The notes beneath the pieces are model-generated. The model was not told the origin of the DNA and made no database searches. It worked only from the letters and a program-made list of their open reading frames with translations. This document shows positions 7,187-14,517 of a stretch of DNA of 64,000 nt, one piece after another. A program made the translations under genes and the position numbers. The stretch is from a virus. The DNA lies in IMG/VR virus record IMGVR_UViG_3300023176_002545. The stretch is one strand, 5' to 3'. The stretch's first letter is position 1; every line of letters starts with the position of its first letter.

Positions 7187-8932
7187 TTATAGTCCGCCGC
7201 CGCCCGGTGCTCCGCCCGGTGCTGGTGCTGGTGCACCACCTGGCTCTGCTCCACCTGCTTCTGCTCCACCTTCAGGTGCTGCTGGTGCTTCTGGTGCTGC
7301 GGTTTCTAAACCGCCTATGTCTGAACTAATACCGCCCATGCTAATTCCTGCACTGCGTAGTTCTCCGCTTGCATCAGTTGGAAGTTTTAGATTTTCATCA
7401 TTTTCTTCACGCCATAGTCTTTCGTTTTCTGCAATCTCTTCGTCACTTAGTCCTAAGAAACGTTGTAGTGCAAAACGTTGACTCATATAAGGAATCTGTT
7501 GTACTTGTGTAAATGTACCTATACGACTGTTGTCAAGTTCTGCTTGTCTGTAACTTGCAAAGTTTTTAGGTGGTTGGAATGATAGTTCAAAAACACTAGT
7601 GTCTACGTTTACACCTTTTTGTAGTATGTACAGTTTAAATTCTTGATCAAATCTATCTGTTACCAAACGCTGTAGGCGTTCACAATAGGCATTAAAACGT
7701 AGTTCTTGTATGTAAGCAGTACCAACACGACCGTCATTAAACTGACTTTGGCCGTCATCTGCTGCTGTTGGTAAGTAGCTGGAAGGTATACGGAGACCGC
7801 GTACTAGTTTGTTTGTGAAATATTTGAGGTCGTCAATTTCACCTAGGTTAGTACCGCCTGGCAGCGTTTCAACTTTTGATCCTCTACCTTCAGCTGTTTG
7901 TGGAAAGAAGTAGTCTTCGTTTATTGAAAGAGGATTGTATGCACTGTCAATTACATTCTGTCCACCACCAGTCTGTGAAGGTATCCTTCTCTGATGGATT
8001 TCATTCTTTACTCTTTCCACAAAACTCATTGCCAAGTGACTTGGCATGTTGCCAACGTCTACGTAGAACACACGTCTTTCAGGTGCTCTTTGTACACGAT
8101 ATATAATAATAGCATCTTCTAAAAGTTCTTTTTGTTTATAAACTTTGAAGATGCTTTCAAGTAGACTGTTTCCAAAAGGATAATTGTTGTCTAGTCCTTC
8201 ACTCAAACTCAAATGTACAACGTGTTCTGCATCTACTGCAACTTCTTGTTGCGTAGTTTCAAAACGTGAGCTGCTAGTTGCACTGTTTGGTGGAGTGCCT
8301 ACCATACCTCTTGCACCACCTTGGAAATAACCCTGATGACCTGAGCTGGTAACGCCACCTGGATCTGTATTCAATGTGGTTGCAACAAGATCTTGAAAAT
8401 TAATGTTTAGGTCTTTGATTACATATTGCTCAGGCTTTTTGCCTTCGCTTTCATTAACAATAATTTTTGTAACTTTTGCAGGATCAACATAAAACCATTT
8501 TTTAGTTTCTGGATCTCTAATAAAAAACGCATCACCATATTTAAATGTGTTGCGTAGTATACGGAAAATGCGAGTGTCAAATTTTTGTAGTTTTGACCAC
8601 TGTTGTAGATACTGTTTAAGTATTCTAACTTCAGAATTAGTTGCTTTTTCTTTAAATTCTAATTTAAAAGGTGTATTGTTAGTTGTATTTCTTTGTGTGC
8701 AGAACTCTGCAAGGATATCTAGAGCAGCATTAACTTCACTGTCGCTGTCCATAGTTTCGTATTGGCCATAACGTTCTACACGATTAGGTGAACCTGTGTA
8801 AACATCTGGCAAATAACTTGAATAATTAGTTCGTGCAGGACCAGGTCTACTAGCATTGCCATTGCCTAGTGGACTGTATGTTCCTTCACTATTTCCTGTA
8901 GGTACAGGTGTAAAATATTTTTTCCAGCTCAT
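7187..8932 (-). CDS. gp20: Portal protein (T4 gp20-like)
   Basis: gp20 motifs EDAIIIYRVQRAPERRVFYVDVGNMP, EDYFFP, GRGSKVETLPGG, DDLKYF and GLRIPSSYL; Pro/Gly/Ala-rich tail. Confidence 0.95.
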   Translation of the reverse strand: MSWKKYFTPVPTGNSEGTYSPLGNGNASRPGPARTNYSSYLPDVYTGSPNRVERYGQYETMDSDSEVNAALDILAEFCTQRNTTNNTPFKLEFKEKATNSEVRILKQYLQQWSKLQKFDTRIFRILRNTFKYGDAFFIRDPETKKWFYVDPAKVTKIIVNESEGKKPEQYVIKDLNINFQDLVATTLNTDPGGVTSSGHQGYFQGGARGMVGTPPNSATSSSRFETTQQEVAVDAEHVVHLSLSEGLDNNYPFGNSLLESIFKVYKQKELLEDAIIIYRVQRAPERRVFYVDVGNMPSHLAMSFVERVKNEIHQRRIPSQTGGGQNVIDSAYNPLSINEDYFFPQTAEGRGSKVETLPGGTNLGEIDDLKYFTNKLVRGLRIPSSYLPTAADDGQSQFNDGRVGTAYIQELRFNAYCERLQRLVTDRFDQEFKLYILQKGVNVDTSVFELSFQPPKNFASYRQAELDNSRIGTFTQVQQIPYMSQRFALQRFLGLSDEEIAENERLWREENDENLKLPTDASGELRSAGISMGGISSDIGGLETAAPEAPAAPEGGAEAGGAEPGGAPAPAPGGAPGGGGL

Positions 8933-8940
8933 ACTATTAC

Positions 8941-10950
8941 TTATACTCTGTAGGTATTCCTTCCTGCTTTATTGACTGCACGAGTATTTTCTCTATATGC
9001 TTCAATTAATCTATCAAATTTTCTGTTTAATTCACCTGTAAATTGTTCCATTTGTGGACCAATCTGATTAGCCATGTTTTGCATCTGCGGAGCCATTTGA
9101 TTGGCCATACTTTCCATTTGTGGACGCATTTGATTGGCCATAGCTTCCATTTGTGGACGCATTTGATTGGCCATAGCTTCCATTTGTGGACGCATTTTGT
9201 CAGCCATTTGTTTCATAGAAACTACTAAACTGTTAGCATTTGGTGTGATAAACTCAGGTCCTCTCTCACCAACCATATTTAACATGCCGCCCAATGCTGT
9301 ACCACCTAAGAAGTTGCCTTGAGGGTTAGTATTATCTAATAATCCTTGTAGTACATTGTTTAATTCTGTAAACGCAGAGTGTAGTTCAGGAGGAATTCGA
9401 TTAGTTTCAGCTTCTTGGGTTATTCCTGCTGCTGCACCTGCTGCTGCTGTTCCTTCCGGAGTTGCTGCTCCTAAAGTAGTTGGTTGATTTACACTGTTAC
9501 CACCAGTAACTAATCCTGTGCCTACAGCATTTACGCCTGTTACACCTGCACTATTGATCCCGTCTAATGTAGTAGCAAATCCTCTTAGACCGCTATCTAC
9601 TTCGTTTTTCAAAACATTTATCATGTTTTCTCTTAACGCACCCGAAACGTTAGTGATAGCATCTTGTGCTGATGCCATTGCTGCTGTTAATCCGTCAGTG
9701 CTTGGAGGAGGTGGGCCACCGCCGCCACCTAATGTTTCTTGTCCTGCTTCTATTCTACGGTTTAATTCTGCTAGTGCATCGTCAAAAGAAATGTCTGCTA
9801 ATTCTTTACTTGGGTCAGCGTTTGCTAATTCTTGTCTAATAGCTATTAACCTATCATTAAAATTAGTAAAGTTTCCTAAGCTATCTTGCATGCCTCTAAT
9901 ATAGTCACTATCAGAACGTATTCTACCAATTCTTATTCTGTTTTCGTCGTTTTGAGCTCTAGTCATTGCAGCGATATATTCACGCTGTGCTTGTGCATAA
10001 GCTTCTGGATCTTGTGCTTGCATTGCAGCTCGCATGTTTTGTGCTGCTGCAATTACTTCTTGTCCGTAGAACGCTGCTGCCCCTGCACTTTCTCTTGTTA
10101 CATTTCCTTGTACTAGAATGTCTTCAAGTAGTGTTGCAGCATTTTTATCCATTGCACCAATTTGGGTAATAGAATTACTAATTTGATCTGTTAACGCACC
10201 AGTTTCTGTTCTTAAAAATGCTTGAATTCTTCCTTCTCGACGTTTAGCATCCATTTCTTTTTGCAGTTCTTTTCTCTGCATGCCAGTTAACTGGCTTAAT
10301 CTATCTAGCTCTAACGCATATTCTTGTGTTGCTTTATTTCTAGCAACATCGTTACCCATAGTTTGCAAGAACGATGTTCTATTAATAGCAGCGAAGCCCA
10401 TAATAGTTTCATTTATTTCTTCGGTGCTGTAACCAATTCGTCTTAAACCTTGTGAAAAACCTCTTGTGTCGTTTCTAAAACTATTCGACATGTGGGCAAA
10501 CATTCTAGTAGCGTCTGCACCTGTGCCACCCATAGCACCTAATATGTCTCGATTTTTTTCAACTAATTTAGCAAAATCACCAACCAACATGCCTGATCTT
10601 GCTGCAACCTGACCTACTTCAGTCAAACCTCCACTTAGAAGTATACCAGATCTAGTTAAACCTTGATATGATGCTGTACTTTCGTCTATATAACCGGCAA
10701 TAGCCTTAGACATTCCTCCAAGTGCGTCACCGACTATTGGAATTCGCCTCATTAATGGAGTAAAGGCATCAACGTAAGCAGTTAATCTTGTTTCACCTGA
10801 AAGTGCAGCTAATCCAAATTTACCAATGCCACTAGTGGCATCACCAAGAGCTGCTGTCCACTGACTAGTACTGCCGGCCGCACCTCGAGTTGACGTACGG
10901 AGGCGTTCTATTTCTTCTTCTAATGCGGCAATGCGATCTGCGTCACTCAT
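8941..10950 (-). CDS. Tape-measure-like protein
   Basis: 669-aa helical A/G/Q-rich protein with a VGERGPE motif and C-terminal 11-residue repeats; divergent from a tail-chaperone-like gene. Confidence 0.65.
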   Translation of the reverse strand: MSDADRIAALEEEIERLRTSTRGAAGSTSQWTAALGDATSGIGKFGLAALSGETRLTAYVDAFTPLMRRIPIVGDALGGMSKAIAGYIDESTASYQGLTRSGILLSGGLTEVGQVAARSGMLVGDFAKLVEKNRDILGAMGGTGADATRMFAHMSNSFRNDTRGFSQGLRRIGYSTEEINETIMGFAAINRTSFLQTMGNDVARNKATQEYALELDRLSQLTGMQRKELQKEMDAKRREGRIQAFLRTETGALTDQISNSITQIGAMDKNAATLLEDILVQGNVTRESAGAAAFYGQEVIAAAQNMRAAMQAQDPEAYAQAQREYIAAMTRAQNDENRIRIGRIRSDSDYIRGMQDSLGNFTNFNDRLIAIRQELANADPSKELADISFDDALAELNRRIEAGQETLGGGGGPPPPSTDGLTAAMASAQDAITNVSGALRENMINVLKNEVDSGLRGFATTLDGINSAGVTGVNAVGTGLVTGGNSVNQPTTLGAATPEGTAAAGAAAGITQEAETNRIPPELHSAFTELNNVLQGLLDNTNPQGNFLGGTALGGMLNMVGERGPEFITPNANSLVVSMKQMADKMRPQMEAMANQMRPQMEAMANQMRPQMESMANQMAPQMQNMANQIGPQMEQFTGELNRKFDRLIEAYRENTRAVNKAGRNTYRV
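9048..9216 (-). repeat. 33-bp tandem repeat encoding MRPQMEAMANQ units
   Basis: Two identical copies of ccatttgtggacgcatttgattggccatagctt at 9114-9179, with partial or diverged copies on both sides (about 5 units). Confidence 0.9.
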
Positions 10951-10976
10951 GTTTAACCTTTTGACAAAAATACCGA

Positions 10977-11004
10977 TATAAATATCAGTTAGTATAGTTA
11001 TTTA
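10977..11004. promoter_or_regulatory. Face-to-face late promoters: TATAAATA (+, 10977-10984) and TAAATA (-, 10999-11004)
   Basis: Both motifs lie in the 71-bp gap between divergent genes; the plus copy is the exact T4 late consensus. Confidence 0.65.
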
Positions 11005-11021
11005 CCTTAAAAGGAGAGACC

Positions 11022-11852
11022 ATGGAAAACTTACTCACAAAGTATAAGCGTCAACCAAAGATTTTTGTTGATGCTCCATCTGAGTTTAGATACATTGATT
11101 CTAGTGTTGTTTCCGGTGAGTCTTTCAAAGATATCCCTGTTTACTCAATGACTGGTGCAGACGAGATAGCAATGAAAGCTCCGGAGGCATTACTCAATGG
11201 AGAAGCAGTTAAAAAATTAATAGAGTCGTGCATGCCAAGGATTAAAGATGCAGGAGAACTATCACAAATTGATATAGAATATTTTTTAATTGCAATAAGA
11301 CAAGCTACTTTTGGTTCAACATATGATAAACTAACTGCATGCGGTCATTGTAAAGAAGAAAACAAACACGAAATTGATCTAAGTGAACACTTAGATAATT
11401 ATCATAAAAAAGTTTATAAAGATACATGTACTATTGAAGATCTTAAATTTTTTCTAAAACCTCTTACTTATAATCAATGGAATGAAGTACAGTTAGAATT
11501 GTTCAAAGCAAATAGAACAATGATGCAGGCAGTATCAGCAGATAAATTGTCTGAAGAAGAAAAAAATGAATATGCAAAAAACATTTACAATATTATTCAA
11601 ACAATAAATCAAAAAACAATACTATACCAAGTGTATAAAATAAAAGATGGTGAAGTAGAAATTACAGATCACAATGTAATTACTAAATTTATTCTTGAAA
11701 ATGACAGAAAATTTTTTAATGGTATACAAACTGTTATTAAAGAAAACACACAAGAATGGGACTTGCCTAGATTAAATCTAACATGTGCTGCGTGTAACGA
11801 ATCGTATGTTAGTGCTCTTACAATGGACGACTCGTCTTTTTTCGCCGACTGA
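11022..11852 (+). CDS. T4 gp26-like baseplate hub / tail assembly chaperone
   Basis: YKRQPKIFV start, VYSMTGADEIAMKAPEALLNG, IAIRQATFG, two CxxC pairs and a ...SSFF end are typical of the gp26/gp51 family; aaggag RBS. Confidence 0.75.
   Translation: MENLLTKYKRQPKIFVDAPSEFRYIDSSVVSGESFKDIPVYSMTGADEIAMKAPEALLNGEAVKKLIESCMPRIKDAGELSQIDIEYFLIAIRQATFGSTYDKLTACGHCKEENKHEIDLSEHLDNYHKKVYKDTCTIEDLKFFLKPLTYNQWNEVQLELFKANRTMMQAVSADKLSEEEKNEYAKNIYNIIQTINQKTILYQVYKIKDGEVEITDHNVITKFILENDRKFFNGIQTVIKENTQEWDLPRLNLTCAACNESYVSALTMDDSSFFAD
11837..11843 (+). promoter_or_regulatory. Putative -1 programmed ribosomal frameshift site U UUU UUC
   Basis: In-frame X XXY YYZ heptamer two codons before the stop; the -1 frame stays open for 77 codons. 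Confidence 0.65.
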
Positions 11853-12076
11853 TAGTTCAGGCCTCAGATTCTGAAATTAAAAAGCATATCGAAACATATG
11901 AAACTTCTCAGAAACAATTAAAAGACGATTTGTACAGAATATTGTGGAATATGAGAGGTGGCGTCGGGTGGGACGATCTAATGTTTAATATTGATACCGG
12001 TGACAGAGAAATCTTTATTAAAATAATTAAAAATAACTGGGAAACAACTCAAAAGTCCGGAATGCCGTTGGTTTAA
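11843..12076 (+). CDS. -1 frame extension of the gp26-like protein (77 aa, RRLIVQ...KSGMPLV); alternatively a 41-aa ORF from ATG 11951
   Basis: Hand-translated; absent from the ORF track. Fills the gap up to the convergent gene, has no good RBS, and contains the protein-like segment LYRILWNMRGGVGWDDLM...DREIFIKIIKNNWE. Confidence 0.65.
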   Translation, partial: RRLIVQASDSEIKKHIETYETSQKQLKDDLYRILWNMRGGVGWDDLMFNIDTGDREIFIKIIKNNWETTQKSGMPLV

Positions 12077-12077
12077 T

Positions 12078-13277
12078 TTACCATTCTAAAGAATTTAAAT
12101 TTTGCTGTACATTGCCAGGAACTACAGGTGCTACAGTTCTGCCAGGAGTTACTCTATCAGCAGGAGTTGTTGAAGGATTAGATCTATCAGTGTCTGCTGG
12201 ATCGCCTTGTTGAGCTGCCCAAGATTCAACATCATCTTTCATATCTTGCAACTCTGATTGGTCTATATTGCCAAATCCTTCAATTACATCACCAACAGTT
12301 TTTTCAGTATCTGTTCTCAGCCTGTCTGCCATAGTTGGCTCAGCTTCTTGATCATTTGCTGCTTCTTCAACAAAAAGGCCAGCTGCTGAAGGCCATACAT
12401 TTTCCATTATCCATAAAAATGCAGTTCTTATTTTTTCTTGGCCCCATTGTGTGCTTAACATAGCCCACATGCCGCCTTCAATAATAAAAGTTAGTGTCCA
12501 GGCAACTATTGCACCAGGACCAGTTGCAAGACTGCCTATACGCATTGCCCACATTAGTTTGCTTACAATAGCTCTTGCTGTTCTTGCTACAAGTAATGCT
12601 CCAACAAACAATACCATAACTCTAAAAAACACTCTTCCAGTTTCATGTTCTAAATAATTTGCAAGAACTGTTTGTTTACTCTGTGCTTCTTGAAGATCGC
12701 CTGATGATGTAGCTTCTATTATTTCACCAACTAGTAGGTATATGTCTTCAAAATACTCGCCTACTATATTCCAAGCACCTAATACAACAAGTATTGGTCT
12801 TAGTATTCTTAATGCTCTACTAGCTTTAGGACCTTCTAAAAATTGTTTAACTCTAGCTGCCCTTTGAGCTTTTATTCCTGCTAGTCTAATCTTTTGTTGT
12901 TGTGTAGTAACCCAAGTCTTAACATTATCAGGTGCAGAACTAGGATTTCCTCTAAACATCCTGCCACTAGATTCAAATTCTCTTCTTGCACGATTAGCTG
13001 CTTCTCTGCTAGGAAACGCACCGACAGTCTTTTGGCCATTTGCTTCTGTATAAATTACTCCAAACCAATCACCACGAAACCCAATTCGTTGGATTGCAGC
13101 ACTAGCTTCACCAGCTTCAGACAAAAAACGTTTTGTTGTTGATTCATCCCACTCGATTATTCCCTTGTTAATTCTAACAGGTTTAGTAGTACGTGCTTCT
13201 TTAAACACTTCATTCCAGAATTGTTTGTCAGCAAATTGTCTCTTAGCAGAAGATGAAACTATTTCATGAATATTCAT
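12078..13277 (-). CDS. Late-expressed hypothetical protein with predicted transmembrane segments
   Basis: 399 aa; exact TATAAATA at 13306-13313; hydrophobic stretches (ILRPILVVLGAWNIV; VFFRVMVLFVGALLV; GAIVAWTLTFIIEGGMWAML); acidic C-terminus. Confidence 0.6.
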   Translation of the reverse strand: MNIHEIVSSSAKRQFADKQFWNEVFKEARTTKPVRINKGIIEWDESTTKRFLSEAGEASAAIQRIGFRGDWFGVIYTEANGQKTVGAFPSREAANRARREFESSGRMFRGNPSSAPDNVKTWVTTQQQKIRLAGIKAQRAARVKQFLEGPKASRALRILRPILVVLGAWNIVGEYFEDIYLLVGEIIEATSSGDLQEAQSKQTVLANYLEHETGRVFFRVMVLFVGALLVARTARAIVSKLMWAMRIGSLATGPGAIVAWTLTFIIEGGMWAMLSTQWGQEKIRTAFLWIMENVWPSAAGLFVEEAANDQEAEPTMADRLRTDTEKTVGDVIEGFGNIDQSELQDMKDDVESWAAQQGDPADTDRSNPSTTPADRVTPGRTVAPVVPGNVQQNLNSLEW

Positions 13278-13305
13278 TACTTACGATCCTAACTTATTAT
13301 GCATG

Positions 13306-13313
13306 TATTTATA
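13306..13313 (-). promoter_or_regulatory. T4 late promoter consensus TATAAATA
   Basis: Exact consensus 29 nt upstream of the 399-aa start, right after a hairpin. Confidence 0.75.
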
Positions 13314-13317
13314 TTAG

Positions 13318-13337
13318 AAATGAGCTAAAGCTCATTT
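13318..13337 (-). terminator. Hairpin, possible terminator or RNA 3' end
   Basis: AAAUGAGC-UUUA-GCUCAUUU 8-bp stem; U tail is short, so termination is uncertain. Confidence 0.45.
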
Positions 13338-13339
13338 TA

Positions 13340-13833
13340 GTTTTCGCTTACGCTCAAACTATGCACTTCGTTTATAGATTATGTGTGATAGAAGTAGTAG
13401 ATATGAATTAAAGCAATGTTACGAAGTAACATTGTAATTGCTTCATGTAGATTGTTTCAGTCAGACGGAACCTGCTACGGTTCCATCTAATCTCAAACTT
13501 CATGTGAGTTCGTCACAGCCGAGACTTGGAAGTAGGTGTTTTGCTGCTACACAATGGGCTCTGACCTTTCCCAACCTACGTCGACATCTAATGTGCATTA
13601 ATTGTAACATTAAGGTAGCATTATACGCTTTAATGTGCAATTTATGTAACATTATACCCGTTGCTTCGTTCCTAGTGCATACGGTTTTTATGTGTAATGT
13701 GCAGTTTTTCGACAGCCAACAATCTATCTATATCAATCAAACGCTCTACTACCGAACGCCGCTCAATATGTTACGTGTGCTCCGATCAAGGATGCTTTTT
13801 CCACAGCGGTATTTTCAAACTGGCCCGCCAACC
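13340..13833 (-). ncRNA. Candidate large structured non-coding RNA (about 500 nt)
   Basis: No ORF on the co-oriented strand in the track. Helices: 10 bp at 13463-13488, 9 bp at 13414-13434, long-range 9 bp between 13448-13456 and 13718-13726, GUAGGU/ACCUAC, and a duplicated hairpin unit at 13589 and 13631. Confidence 0.6.
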
Positions 13834-14283
13834 TTAGGTGTTGGATTGTTTTGCCTTGATAGTGTGTTCTAGTAATGCCTTACGCAATTTATCGGAACCG
13901 CCAACTCTACAATTAATAATCCCGTTATAATATTCATCCGTCTCTAATACACGGCGGTCAAATTGCTCTCGTGCCTCTATGTAACTCATTTCTGCTCTGC
14001 TTTTACACAGATAAAGTATTTCTCTTGTGAAATTTTTTGGGCCTAACTTGTCTACGTCTGCCTGTAGTCTATCTGAGCTGCCCCAGTAGTCTTTCCAATC
14101 GCTTTCTTTGTAGCCTCGTCTTTTGTTTTTTCTGCCTTTGAGTGGTGGCTTTGTGGTCTTAAACTTTGCTAGTTTTTTGCCTATGTATTTTTGCCCTGTG
14201 GTTTTATTAGTGATAAGGTAAACAAATCCTTCATATTCATCAGGAATTTCGTTAATATGTTTTCCTCTGTAAGTCCACTGCAT
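13834..14283 (-). CDS. GIY-YIG family nuclease
   Basis: GFVYLITN...KYIGKK motif, YWGSS, conserved Glu in SYIE and YYN. Confidence 0.8.
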   Translation of the reverse strand: MQWTYRGKHINEIPDEYEGFVYLITNKTTGQKYIGKKLAKFKTTKPPLKGRKNKRRGYKESDWKDYWGSSDRLQADVDKLGPKNFTREILYLCKSRAEMSYIEAREQFDRRVLETDEYYNGIINCRVGGSDKLRKALLEHTIKAKQSNT

Positions 14284-14313
14284 GAACTTACTTACCGTTG
14301 CCTATTGTTGTGC

Positions 14314-14517
14314 CTAGTCGTTTTTGGTTTTACGTGTTGTATTGTGCTTTTCGTGTATTTCATCCATACGTTGCTTTGCAAGATCCCTCATAATTCTAAG
14401 CCATTTACGTGCTTCTCTATGAGTGCGTACAGAATTTCGTGCCTCAAACTTTTCGTTAGCCTTAAAGTATTCTAGGTATGCCTGTGTTAGCCTGTCATGA
14501 ATATCGTCGTCTATCAT
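14314..14517 (-). CDS. Small hypothetical protein (67 aa)
   Basis: Overlaps the gp46 stop codon; charged helical composition. Confidence 0.6.
   Translation of the reverse strand: MIDDDIHDRLTQAYLEYFKANEKFEARNSVRTHREARKWLRIMRDLAKQRMDEIHEKHNTTRKTKND

Noticed and set aside
9048-9216. 33-bp repeats as a CRISPR array
   Set aside because: Contiguous in-frame repeats with no spacers; no CRISPR array or tRNA gene was seen anywhere in the window.
13438-13872. 144-aa plus-strand ORF in the track
   Set aside because: Antisense to local gene flow, overlaps the nuclease gene, has atypical Cys-rich composition and no RBS; better read as the shadow of a structured RNA.
13340-14283. Group I intron, RNase P RNA or tmRNA as the identity of the non-coding region
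   Set aside because: No group I P7 elements or flanking exons. GGGAAAGGUC only loosely resembles RNase P GGAAAGUCC and the 3' P4 strand is missing. No tmRNA tRNA-like ends.
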